A DNA stretch of 64,000 nt from Antedon mediterranea (GCF_964355755.1 NC_092673.1:8370001-8434000), one strand, 5' to 3'. Positions 50,901 through 63,853 are shown, counted from the stretch's first letter. Translations and numbers: made by a program. The notes: generated by a model not told the origin, from the sequence alone.

Positions 50901-53900
50901 TCCTACATTTGTTTCTTTCCTTCAGGGTGTTCCAGGACCACAAGGCCCCCGAGGTAGAATTGGACCTGAGGTAAGTAAAGGCAATTGTGCACTTGGAAGA
51001 GTAAATTACTTATCTAACTGCCGTATTTCTTTGTCATGAGAATCTTGCATTTTCTTTCGTTTGATGATGTTGGATAAAGATAATAACAATTAGCGACAAT
51101 GTTGTGAAGTAAATTGTATTAATTAATTAATTAACTAATTTAATTTCTAAACTATTTATATCATATACTGTATTATATTGTATACAGGGACACATTGGGC
51201 AACCTGGTCTCCCTGGTGAACTTGGAAGTGAAGGAAAACCAGTAAGATAAACTTATTATTAATACATTATTTTCCTTTTCCTTTTAACGCGATTAGTAAT
51301 AATGATGACTTCATTAATGATACACTTCTATTTCAATAGGGTCTTCCGGGCAATCCGGGAAGAGATGGAGAAACAGGAAAGCCGGTAAAAACTTGTTATT
51401 AAACTTCATAAAAGTGTTATATTGGCAATTATTGTAGGCTACTTGTTTTTTTACCGTAAACGTCTATATAACATTTCATGCTCAGTGTGTACAATAATTC
51501 ATATATCTGTATAAATAAATAAAAATAATAATACATTAACTATTGTAACATACTTGTTTATTACATATGTTTTTTTTTTAAGGGTGAACTAGGACCCCAG
51601 GGACCACAAGGTCCACCTGGACCAAAAGGTCAAAGTGTAAGTTATCTTATCTATTCATTAACAACTTGATAAAGAACCCAGTTTATTTTATATCGGAAGA
51701 GAAGTGGGTTACCCTGGAGTAATACTGGTCCATCTCAGCCCTGTTGTTCACGCTAGGCGCTGCATTATTGTTTCCATAGGTCCGTAGATGACGAACTGTC
51801 GCAATGAATATTATCACTTATTGATGAATGTTTAACTACTACGAATTAGCTTTGCGTCGGGGAGCCATGTTGATTGGTAAATGTTTTGCCAAAACCTAAT
51901 TGTACTTTACAATTAATACATTGAGAACAAAATATATTGTCCGCTATTCTGATTGATGAATTAACCGAGAGTGAACCTGTCCGGACCGGGACATTTAAAC
52001 TGTGTTTACTCAACGTGTTCACTTGTAGCCTAATGTACGTTTAGGTCAACTGCCACGAGAGCTCTAGGTTGATGACACGACAGTGAGTACACTAGTTTAC
52101 ATAGAAGTTACATAATATATAAGTTGGCATTGTCTTTCAACACAAGACAGATTTAAGTTATGTTGGTTACGCTACTGAATTACAGTATAATAGTTATGTT
52201 TATGTTAATCTTAATACATTTAATAGATGTGTTAGTTGGCAGTGATACTCGTTTCAGTATTGTAATCATTTTAGGTTGCAAAATGTGTGTGTGCCTTTGC
52301 TGACATATATTGGCACATTGTATTACATTCGTCAGTTAATCTTGTTTATTTTTGTTTTATTCAATGAAGGGAGGACAAGGAGACAAAGGTGTACCCGGAT
52401 TGAAAGGCCATAAGGTGAAACTGCTTTTTATATATCTTTTATTATTATTCTTTATTTGGTCAAATATAAAAAACATATATCAGAAATTCCTCTTATATGC
52501 ACTGCAGAGATAGTAACAAATATACATACAAAATACAAGTCATTATAAAATCACATATAAAATAGCAAAAAGTCAAAAAGTCTACGATCCAGGTGTTCTC
52601 TCCATGAGTTAGCGCTGGACAAAATTGTTATAGGTGACAATAGATTGTGGGACAAATGATTTATTGTAGCATTTAGTACGGCTTCGAGGCAGACGGATAC
52701 GAATATTAGATGGAAGAAAAATGTATTCCTTATGGAGCGGGTGGTCTGTTTGGGAGAGTATACGTTTTACCAAGGAGAGAACACCTGCATCATAGTTGAA
52801 ATTAAGTACGTATACATCAACTCCAATAACCCGCCCAGTCCTTCTGGTAATTTTATTTAGTAGTTCCTTATCCTTTTTATATAAACAAGCCTACCAGATA
52901 ATTCTACAAAAAGATATAACACTAAGTATGGTCGACTGGTAGAACAGAATAAGAATTTGTTTTCTAACATTAAATTTCCTAAGTTGTCTTAACAGATATA
53001 GCCGTTGTTGTCCTTTTTTATTAGTTATCCGCTTGGTATACCAAGCGGATAACTCCTTGTTATTGTATGAGATCAACATTTTTGGTTATCCGCAACGAAG
53101 TTGCAGGATAACCTCTTGTGATTGTACGAAATCATCAACATCAACTTTTTATTAGTTATCCGCACTTGGCGGATAACTCCTTGTTATTGTATGGGATCAA
53201 TATTTTTTTCTGTATTATTCTTCTTTCTTTCTCGCTATTTTTGTGTAGAGCGTTTCTCTAAAATGTGTAAACATAACATTTTATAACTTTGACAACATGT
53301 GGGCATTTACGTGAAGTTGTGCACCTCCTATTTTTGAATTACGTCAGAGTTGCGCAACGTGACTTACGCGCGATTTTATGATTTTTTATGATTGATCATA
53401 GATTAAAAACTAAAAGTGATTTTTAATTGACACTTTGTGAAAGTTTAATTTATATCATGCGCTAACTTTCTGTTTGAAAAAAATTGCGTGTTTTACACAA
53501 AGTTACGCGCGCACGCGCATTTAAAATTTCAAAATGGGCAAAAATAATTTCTAATCAACTTTCTACGCGTTTCATGTCATTTTAAGCATGTACAAAATTA
53601 CCGCGCGCGCGAAAAATATTACGCGCACGGTGCGTATAGAGCATGAAAATCATGTTTTTTTCTCTTGAATTGTGATTTTCCAGCCTTTCCTAGTCATTTT
53701 CAAAAAGATTGACATCATTTCAAATTAAAATTACGTCATACGAACACGTTGATTTAGCCCATTTGCGCGCGTTTTAGTTGAAAAAGTTACAAAATGTTGT
53801 CAAAATTATGCCTATTTTGAATGTTTTATAGCTTCTCAGGATCAACGATTACCCCTAATTTTTTTAACTTAATATGTAAGCAGATATGTTGTAGATATGA

Positions 53901-56900
53901 ATTCATGCAGAATTTTTACCTCACGGATGTTGTGACGTCATCATATGGCCACACGAATGTAAAATATAGAATTTTTTTGTCTTTCGTTATTGCTCATCAC
54001 ATTCAATGGAGCGCATCACGCTTATACGTATTTCTTTTTCTCCGAGATTTTAATATTGTCTAGGTCAATCAACTATCTTTCGCATGAGATAAAAATATTT
54101 TAATTTTTATGACGTCATCATGCCTAAAAATTTTAATTACGTGGGTCATTAATTTCATCTTTACAGTAAATTTTAATCTGTAATAGCCCGTCAAAATAAA
54201 ATGTGATAATCACGATTAAAACATTTTCTGGAAGCTCTTGGATTGTAGATATGAAATCATGTGAACATTTTGCCAATCAGATGCTGTGACGTCATCATAT
54301 TGCAAGTTAAATAAAAAAAGTCGTATTTTCATCTTTTGCATCATAGTTCATTATATTTAAAAGAGCGCGCATCAATATTAAACGTATTCAAATTTCTTCT
54401 ACACGTTAATATGTTGTTGCTGAGATAATTTGCTTCCGAAATTGCTATCTTAGTGTTTCATCTTGATACCGTCGCCATGTTACAAATTTGAATAAATGGC
54501 GGGTCCCGTGATTTCACCTATTCTACACTGTATGTAACATGTATACAGATTATACTGTTTGCATGTATATACTATATGACACAAAATTGACAGAATTCAG
54601 CACTAACAACATATCATATTCTTCAGATCAAGTCATAATGCCATAATTTTTTCTCTGTGCAATATTCTAACGTATGACGTGCACGTGGCGTTTGTCGTGC
54701 GGATAACTAACTCGTCAAAGTGACGAGTTACATGTCTAGTTTCTCTTCTTTCTTTCTGTATGATTTTTGTGGATCGCTTTTCTCTAAAACTTGCAAACAT
54801 AACATTTTGTAACTTTCTCAACATATCGTCATGCACATGAAGATGTGCAGCGAAGCTTTTCATGATGTTTACAATTGCGCAACGTGACTTACGCGCGATT
54901 TAACGATTTTGTCGTATTTAACATAGCTCGACAACCAAATAACATTTCAACTTGAAACTTTGCAAAAGTTTAATTTATATCATGCGCTAACTTTCTGTTG
55001 AAAAAAAATTGCGAGTTTTACACAAAGTTACGCGCGCACGCGCATTTAAAATTTCAAAATGCGCAAAATTAATTTATAATCAACTTTCTACGCGTTTCAT
55101 GTCGTTTTAAGCATGTCAAAAAATCCCACGCGTGCGCACATTTTTACGTGTGCGGTGCGCACGTAGCATTGAAAACGTATTTTTTTCGCGTGATTTATGT
55201 TTTTCCAGCCTTTTCTAGTAATTTTACCAAATTTTAAACAATTTCCACTTAAAGATACGTCATACGAGCACGTCGAATTGGACAATTTGCGCGCGTTTTT
55301 TATGAAAAGGTTAAAAAATTCGTTTAAAATATGCCTTTTTTTAAACAGTCGTAATTTCTAAACTAGACGGTCAAATTTTTGTGGATGACATATTCTAGAA
55401 GTAGATGAGTTGTAGATATCGGATCAGGTATTAATATGGCTAACCGGACATTGTGACGTCATCGTATGGCCACGCGAATATAAAATTTAGGATTTTTGTA
55501 TCTTTCGTCATAGCTCATCACATTGAATAGAGCGCATCTCCACTTATCCGTTTTCCATTTTTACCCCGATTTTGATATTTTCTAGGTCAATCAACTATCT
55601 TTCGTATGAGTTAAAAATATTTTAATTTTTTTGACGTCATCATGCCTAAAAATTTAAATCACGTGTGGCATCAATTTCATCTTTACAGTAAATTTTAATC
55701 TGTTATAGCTCGTAAGAATAAAATGTGATAATCACGATTAAAACTTTTTCTGGAAGCTATTGGATTGTAGATACGAAATTATGTAAAAATATTGCCAATC
55801 GGATGTTGTGACGTCATCATATGGCCAGTTAAATAAAAAAGGTCGTATTTTCATCTTTTGCGTCATAATTCATTACATTTAAAAGAGCGCGCATCAATAT
55901 TTCACGTATTCAAATTTCTTCTACACGTTAATACGTTGTTGCTGAGATAATTTCCTTTCGGAATTGCTACCTTCGCGTTTCATTTTAAAACCGTCAACAT
56001 GTTAAAAATTGCAATAAATAGCGGGTCCCGTAATTTCACCTATTCTACACTGTATGTGATATGGATACAGATTATACTGTGTATACTACATATGAATTTA
56101 AATAATAACATTCAGCAATAACAACATATCATATTCTTCAGTTCAGGTCATAATGGCAACGTGAACACTTCCTTTTGTCCTCAACCTATCCCCTTAATGT
56201 TAATGTTGCACCACTTGCGCGGCGGATAACCAAACTCGTCAAAGTGACGAGTTACATGTCTAGTTTTTCTGTATTATTAGTTATCCGCATTTAGCGGATA
56301 ACTCCTTGGAACTGTCCTGTGTCTTTTTTTTTTTTTTCATTATTCTTCAGTCTTTCTCCCTCACTTTTTGTGCAGAGCGTATCTCTAAAATGGGTAAACA
56401 TAACATTTCATAACTTTGTCAACATATGGGCATTTACGTGAAGTTGTGCACCTCCTATTTTTGAATGACGTCATAGTTACGCAACGTGACTTACGCGTGA
56501 TTTTATGATTTTTTTAAATTGATCATAGATTTAAAACCAAGCGTAATTTTGTTTTTACATTTTGTGAAAATTTAAGTCATATCAAGGGCAAACTGTTTGT
56601 GCATAAAAAATGGCATGTTTTACAAGAAGTTACGCGCGCACGCGCGTTCGAAATTTTAAAATGCGAAAAATTAATTTCTAATCAACTTTCTACGCGTTTC
56701 ATGTCATTTTAAGCATGTAAAAAATTCCCACGCATGCGCAAATTTTTACGTGTGCGGTGCGCACGTAGCATTAAAAACATATATTTTTCGCGTGATTTAT
56801 GTTTTTCCAGCCTTTTCTAGTAATTTTACCAACTTTTAAACAATTTCGACTTAAAGTTACGTCATACGAGCACGTCGAATTGGACAATTTGCGCACGTTT

Positions 56901-59900
56901 TTGATGAAGAAGTACAACAATTTGTCAAAATTATGCCTTTTTTTAAACAATCGTAATTTCTAAACTACACGGTCAACTTTTTGTGGATGACATATTCTGG
57001 AAGTTGATGAGTTGTAGATATCGGATCATGTATTAATATGGCTAACCGGACATTTTAACGTCATCGTATGGCCACACGAATATAAAATTGAGGATTTTTG
57101 TATCTTTCGTCATAGCTCATCACATTTAATAGAGAGCATCTCCACTTATACATTTTCCATTTTCACCCCGATTTTGATATTGTCTAGGTCAATCAACTAT
57201 CTTTCGCATGAGTTAAAAATATTTTAATTGTTATGACGTCATCGTGCCTAAAAATTTAAATTACATGTGGCATTAATTTCATCTTTACAGTAAATTTTAA
57301 TCTGTTATAGCTCGTAAGAATAAAATGTGATAATCACGATTAAAACGTTTTCTGGAAGCGATTGGATTGTAGATACGAAATCATGTAAAAAATTTTCCAA
57401 TCGGATGTTGTGACGTCATCATATGGCCAGTTAAATAAAAAAAGTCGTATTTTAATATTTTGCGTCATAGTTCATCACATTTAAAAGGGTGCGCATCTAT
57501 ATTTTACGTATTCAAATTTCTTCTACACGTTAATATGTTGTTCCTAAGATAATTTCCTTCTGAAATTGCTATCGAAGTGTTTCATTTTGATACCGTCGCC
57601 ATGTTAAAAATTTGAATAAATGGCGGGTCCCATAATTTCACCTATTCTACACTGTATGTAATATGTATACAGATTATACTGTTTGCATGTATACTATATG
57701 ACACAAAATTGACAGAATTCAGCACTAACAGCATATCATATTCTTCAGTTCTTGTCATAATGCCATAATCTTTATCTGTGTGTAAAATATTCCAACGTAT
57801 GACGTGCACGTGGCGTTTGTCGTTGTGCGGATAACTAACTCGTCAAAGTGACGAGTTTCATGTCTAGTTCTTCTTTCCTTCCTTCCTTTTTGTGAGTCGC
57901 GTTTCTCTAAAATGTGTAAACATAACATTTCATAACTTTGACAACATATGGGCATTTACGTGAAGTTGTGCACCTCCTATTTTTGAATGACGTCATAGTT
58001 GCGCAACGTGACTTACGCGCAATTTTATGAATTTCAATGATTGATCATAGATTAAAAACCAAAAGTCATTTAGTATTGACACTTTGACAAAATTTAAGTC
58101 ATATCAGGGGCAAACTTTCTACGGATTAAAAATGGCATGTTTCACAAGAAGTTACGCGCGCACGCGCATTTAAAATTTCAAAATGCGCAAAATTAATTTC
58201 TAATCAACTTTTTACGCGTTTCATGTCATTTTGAGCATGTCAAAAATTCCCACGGGCGCGCAATTTTTTACGCACGCGGTGCGCACGTAGCGAAAAAACA
58301 TATTTTTTTCTCTTGAATTATATTTTTCAAGCCTTTCCTAGTAATTTTGAAAACAATTTAGAACTTTTCCAGTTTAAATAACGCCATACGAACACGTTGA
58401 ATTAGACAATTTGTGCGCGTTTTTTATGAAAAAGCTTAAAAAATCATCAAAATAATGTCTTTTTTTAAACAGTCATAGTTTCTAAAGTAAACCGTGAACC
58501 GTTTATTTTTATTACAAAATCTAGAAGTTGATGAGTTGCAGATGTCGGATCATGCATCAATAAGGCTAAAAAAACATTGTGACGTAATCGTATGGCCACA
58601 CGAATGTAAAATATAGGATTTTTGTCTGTTTCGTTATTGCTCATCACATTCAATGGAGCGCATCACGCTTATCTGTATTCCTTTTTCTCCTATATTTATA
58701 TATTGTCTAGGTCAATCAACTTTCTTTAGCATGAGATAAAAATATTTAAATTTTTATAACGTCATCATGCCTAAAAATTTTAATTACGTGGGTCATTAAT
58801 TTCATCTTTACAGTAAATTTTAATCTGTAATAGCTCGTAAGAATAAAATGTGATAATCACGATTAAAACATTTTCTGGAAGCTATAGGATTGTAGATACG
58901 AATTCATGTAAACATTTTGCCAATCGGATGTTGTGACGTCATCATATTGCCAGTTGAATAAAAAAAGTTGTATTTTCATATTTTGCGTAATAGTTCATCA
59001 CATTTAAATGTGCGCGCACCAACATTTTACGTATTCAAATTTCTTCTACACGTTAATATGTTGTTGCTAAGATAATTTTCTTCAGAAATTGCTATCGTTG
59101 TGTTGTTTTTTTTATGACGTCGTCATGTTAAATATTTGAATTAAAGGCAGGTTCCATAATTCAGTTAATATGTCATATAATATACAGTAGTACAATGTAC
59201 ACCAGCATAGTCTCTGATGTGAGCAAATTGTTGTTTGCCGCCCTCTGTATCATGTAGAATTAATGTCTCCTTTTATACACAGTGTACTGTATAATTATAA
59301 TACGTTAAAAACTATAATAAGAGGTGGTCCTGTATTTTCGTGCACGTGGCATCTGTCGTGCGGATAACTAACTCGTCAAAGTGACGAGTTTCATGTCTAG
59401 TTTATTATTATCATTTTACGAATGAGGGTACTGTCTAAATGTAAAAGCTAAACTTTTCATTTGACAGGATGTTAGACAATAGATCTTTTGTTATTTAAAC
59501 TTTGACCCTTGGCTTGTGTTATTTAATTAGTTGTTTTTTTTTTTTAATTTCATTCATTGGACTTGATAATGACCCCATGATCCAAATTAAATGTACTTAC
59601 TACACATTTATTTTCGAGAAAATGTAAATCGACTTCGGTAGCTAAATTGTATTTACTACAAGCAACGATACATTGTTTTAAATTAAAATGTTTTTGTATT
59701 CCCACATTTTAACATATGTATTTACATTTTCATGGTTATTGTCAGGGTAGCAGTGGCAGGGAAGGGGAGAAGGGATTTTCGGGTGAAACAGGAGATAGGG
59801 TAAGTTAAGTTTGTAAATATAACAATATAACCTTATACTATATTGCAATAAAAGAATGTTTTACATTTTATATCGTTTCGACATTTCGTTAGAAAGTTGT

Positions 59901-62900
59901 GATTACCTTATGTTGTATGTTTATTTTGTAATGCTTTTGAAATCTTCTTTTACAGGGAGCTATTGGACAAATAGGACCACGAGGTCAAAAAGGAGATCGT
60001 GGATATAGTGGTGAAGAAGGTATTAAGGGTATCAGAGGTGAAACGGGATTTCCCGGACCACGTGTAAGAAATTATTCTTTTGTTCTGGGATGTATAGAAT
60101 ACCTATACATATTCGTTATTATATAGCTTTTTTGTTTTGGCGTTTAGCACAATTCCGTGTTTAAGATTAAGAATACGAATAATGTGAATGAATGAAGGTG
60201 GTAGCTTCCACAAAAAAAAAAATAAACATTTATCTCTATTGAGAACGTTGTGACGATTAGTTAATAATACCCATTATGTTTTTCATATCCTTGACAATAA
60301 TGTGATGTAAATGTTCACATGTTTTTTTTCTTTCGTATTTGTGTCTTTGTAGGGGGAAGTTGGACATACTGGCGTAAAGGGTACCATGGGTATTCCGGGA
60401 AAAACTGTAAGTACGATTAATTGTTTTAGATAAATGAGGATTTATCTAGCGAATAGAAACCATTATTCGTTTTATAACACATCACCTGTCCTATTAGTTT
60501 AAATAAATTAAAATACACTTATTTTCATAATTAATATACATATATGCAAAAAAGAAGGCTACTGGAGTTTGAACGCTGACATTAGACGTCATACTCTATA
60601 TTTTAGATTAATTTGATAATAATTAAAATATAACTTTCACCGTTGAAAAAAAAACACGAAAATACCGATTGCTCGTGATTATGAATTATTTTATTGCGTA
60701 CGTTTACTTTTAAGGGTCATAAAGGTGATACGGGTGGTGTTGGTCGAGCAGGATTACGAGGATCAAAGGTATGTAATAGATGTGAATTTATATACATATT
60801 TAATCAATATTGTATTATTGCCGAAGTACATGAGATTTTAATCTCCTACTTCTCCTGAGCGACAAACACACAAATTAAGCATGTTCTACACTATTAATCA
60901 CACAAAACAAGTATGAGCACAAAATAACGTTAAGAGAGAGCGAACTTCATCCATTTTAATAACACAATGATGGCCTGCTACCAAGTATGACAACGTAAGT
61001 TGATCCTGTCTGTGCCAACAGTGAACTGCGTATTTTAACAGAGTAAACGTGATTGTGCTTAGTTTTCTACTCTCGTTAACAAAAAAAAACTGTATTTTCG
61101 TATAGGGCAACAACGGATTTAAAGGACAAAAGGGCAGTGAAGGTAGACAGGTATGTTTTCCTGTTCATTTTTTCTTAAATTGTGATTTAAAAAAAAAGGG
61201 TACTTTTAAAGTTGTATTGTTGTTGTTAATACAAACATAATAATACTTTAGATTTATGATAAGCGAAATATTATGTAAGAGACAAGGTAATTTTTGACAG
61301 TAAACCTATTTATGTTTATTTATTCTGACAGGGAAAAAAGGGACGTTATGGCCCTAAAGGCAGAAGTGGCAGACACGGATCTCAGGTAAATTCTAAATTC
61401 TGTATGTAGGACTAAATATAATTCTCTTAATCAGAATTTAACGAATAAATGTCTTGAATCTTGAGAAGTTCGGGTAGTATAAATGTATCCTAAGATTTAA
61501 TTAGCCGTGCTTTTCTATGTATTTTAATTATTATTTGATAAATTTATACCATAAATAGATAAGCTTTTTTAAGTTATAATTCATTTAATTACAGGGTGAC
61601 ACCGGAGCACCTGGTAAAGAGGGTGGAATTGGTCCTGTGGTAAGTCTTATCAGACGAACACTGTAGATAGCAAAGATCATGTGTATGTGTTAAGACTTTA
61701 CTAAACACTATAACACACCTGATTGTATTCTGGCAATTTGGTGTTTGGATTAGTCAATTACGCATCACGTTTCATTTTGAATTAGTCCTATGTAACGAAA
61801 AAGTGAAATTTAATGGTGATACTAAGGCCCTGTTCAGACCCATGGCGTTAGACCGTTTTAGCGTACAACGTTACTATCAAGGTCACGTTACAAACCGCAG
61901 AGAAAAAAACGAGGTGTTCAGACCCATAGCGTACGATTATCGTTACAACGGAAGTACGTCATCCAAGTTGTTTCTAGTTGCATATTCATGTGCTCTTACC
62001 CACGTGTTTTCATCATTATTTCCACTGTATACAGGCCTAGATCTCAGCCCTACAATTATGACAAAATTTGCCGTAGATAAAACATACCTCAGCATTTATT
62101 TAAGAAAAATATAGTAAAGCCAAATTTCTGTTTCTATTGTTTTTATTTTGTAGTAAAAAACATTTTCCCCAGGCTCTTGTGTTACGAAAATAAAGCAGGC
62201 CTCGTAATGATGAAGAAAAAAATGATTGTGATTAGTCTATCCAGTCCAGTCAAAGATTATATATTCTTTGGTCCAGTCGGTTGAAAATAACCCTTAACTT
62301 GCTAATAAAAGGGAAACAGCTCCCCTTGTTTGTTTACTGATTTTTTTAGGAGTTAGGGGGTTTTCAGCATTAAACTTGTCCAGTCTAGTCTGCCTTGTAT
62401 GAATGAGTGACTTGATGTCCCAGGCTAGTTTTTAGCTTGAATGAAATGCGTGAATGGCTCTAGGCCTAGCTAGGCCTAAAAGCGGATGGGATCGTAGTCC
62501 CTATGTTTAAATACAAGGTGCATGTATTTATGTCATTTGTTAGAAAATATAATGGTAATCAGTTGATAATAGTTTGTAGCCTTTGTAACAGTTGTATTTG
62601 TAGTGTAGTTAGGCCTTATTTATTCTGGCCTTTTTGTTATTGAAATCCATCTCACACATTGACGATACAAGATGTCAGTCTAGGTCAAACCTTGTTTCGC
62701 GTCATAACAGGAAACGTTCTGATTGGATACAACGTTGACTTACAGTAGCGTCGTACGCTAAAACGGTACTATCAACCGTTTTCCACTACAACGCTACAAC
62801 CGTTTTGTACAACGCGTTGTACGCTAATCCCCAACTGTTCAGACACACATTCTTTTAGCGTCGTACGCTAAAACGGTCTAACGCCATGGGTCTGAACAGG

Positions 62901-63853
62901 GCCTTAATGTGCGGAATTAAACTTGATGTGCGCGCTGTCATAATTGTTCTATTCTGCGTCCGCTCTTTTTAATAGCCAAGCTTCCCGGTCGCGAAAACTT
63001 GTGTCAATTTACGATGTATACAGTATCTTGAATAAAAACAAATTAAGGTTTTGTATTCGCTGAATGGAAAGGATACTCCATTCGATGAAAAACTGACTGC
63101 TCTCTTTTCTACTTATGAAATACTCTCACCATCCAACTTATCAACATTCATTGTGTGTATAATATTTTATACTTATTAGTAAATGTCGTTTTTTAAAGGG
63201 TTTACCGGGACAGAATGGCCCACTCGGAGAACGAGGCAGAAAAGGACCCGAAGGAGATTCTGGGAGAAGCGGTGGCCACGGACCCACAGGAGATTCTGGG
63301 CAGCCAGTTAGTGTATAATTTGTATTTCTTTTAAACACCAAAAATAACTTCAATTGAATAGTGCTTCTATATAAATCCATCCAATCTAAATAATATGCAT
63401 TCAATTATGTGATCAAAAGTGACGTAAGTCGCCCTCTTGACGTTTTAAGAACCAATTCTAGAGCAAGTGATTAATATTATAAATAATATGTTACGCTTTA
63501 ATTCCTAAATTCCGTGGTCCGTTAAAAAAATCCATCTTCGCATTTAAATATTATGTTCTACCAACACTGGTGTTATTTTTTGTAGGGTCTAAGGGGGGTT
63601 GCTGGTGCACCTGGGCCTGACGGAGTGCAAGGTCAACAGGTAGGTTCTTATTATTAAAACGTATAGAATGAATAATAAGTAATAAGAACGAAAACACCAT
63701 GGTTGAATTAAGGTATATGAGAACAATGTATTTTAAAGTCATAGTACCATTGGGAAAAAATTCTATTTATAAATTATAATTATTTGTTTTATTTTTTAGG
63801 GTCCCCCTGGTCCACCTGGTCCACCTGGAACTACTGGTTTACCTGGTTACACA
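44996..63853 (+). CDS. Fibrillar collagen alpha chain (clade B/C-like). 3' part lies outside the window; 25 exons visible.
   Basis: Signal-peptide exon 44983-45071 (ATG 44996, MMKLSVIIVIIGLNSNLVAPV) and N-terminal exon 45552-46225 ending GQKGEKGFKGPR. Then phase-0 Gly-X-Y exons: 46778-46831, 47389-47442, 48317-48370, 49112-49165, 49534-49578, 50100-50153, 50246-50290, 50754-50807, 50926-50970, 51188-51241, 51340-51384, 51583-51636, 52370-52414, 59746-59799, 59956-60063, 60353-60406, 60715-60768, 61106-61150, 61332-61385, 61595-61639, 63199-63306, 63586-63639, 63800-63853. All are 45, 54 or 108 bp and start with a Gly codon. Confidence 0.95.
45178..45335 (+). mobile_element. Degenerate tRNA-derived SINE fragment
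   Basis: A-box-like GTGGCCAAGTGGTAA at the start. The rest is decayed. Confidence 0.35.
45552..46225 (+). CDS. Collagen N-terminal Ser/Thr/Asn-rich region plus start of the triple helix
   Basis: 674-nt exon inside ORF 45512-46261. Several N-x-S/T sequons, DDAERGSGAED, no Cys. Confidence 0.9.
52440..53019 (-). mobile_element. 5'-truncated Rex1/L2-group LINE (ORF2 C-terminus and 3' tail)
   Basis: Minus frames give KKGQQRLYLLRQLRKFNVRKQILILFYQSTILSVISF and RILSQTDHPLHKEYIFLPSNIRIRLPRSRTKCYNKSFVPQSI, typical ORF2 C-terminal motifs. AAT-rich tail near 52440. Confidence 0.8.
53082..56263 (+). mobile_element. Helentron/HINE-like element B (inside A, interrupted by C)
   Basis: Variant head TTGGTTATCCGC (53082) pairs with variant tail GCGGATAACCAA (56222-56233). 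CTAG at 56260-56263. Confidence 0.8.
53152..54739 (+). mobile_element. Helentron/HINE-like element C (intact, inside B)
   Basis: Head TTAGTTATCCGC (53152), body of about 1.55 kb, tail with hairpin and CTAG at 54736-54739. Confidence 0.85.
56277..57867 (+). mobile_element. Helentron/HINE-like element D (intact, inside A)
   Basis: Head TTAGTTATCCGC-attta-GCGGATAACT (56277), tail with hairpin and CTAG at 57864-57867. Confidence 0.85.
61823..62906. mobile_element. PIF/Harbinger-like non-autonomous element (about 1.08 kb)
   Basis: Perfect 44-bp inverted ends TAAGGCCCTGTTCAGACCCATGGCGTTAGACCGTTTTAGCGTAC, TWA-type flanks and subterminal TGTTCAGAC / AGCGTAC repeats. Confidence 0.85.

Larger units (their letters stand above)
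53021..59400 (+). mobile_element. Helentron/HINE-like element A (outer), interrupted by B and D
   Basis: Head TTAGTTATCCGC-ttggtataccaa-GCGGATAACT at 53021. Body resumes at 57868. Tail GCGGATAACTAA + hairpin CTCGTC-aaagt-GACGAG + CTAG ends 59400. Confidence 0.8.

Noticed and set aside
53821-58653. Short ORFs within the Helentron-like copies
   Set aside because: Not maintained between copies and no Rep/helicase motifs, so the elements are non-autonomous.
63141-63404. Minus-strand Gly/Pro-periodic ORF
   Set aside because: Antisense shadow of collagen exon 63199-63306. ORFs 4638-4892, 8634-8864, 15642-15842 and 16907-17146 are likewise shadows of C3 exons.
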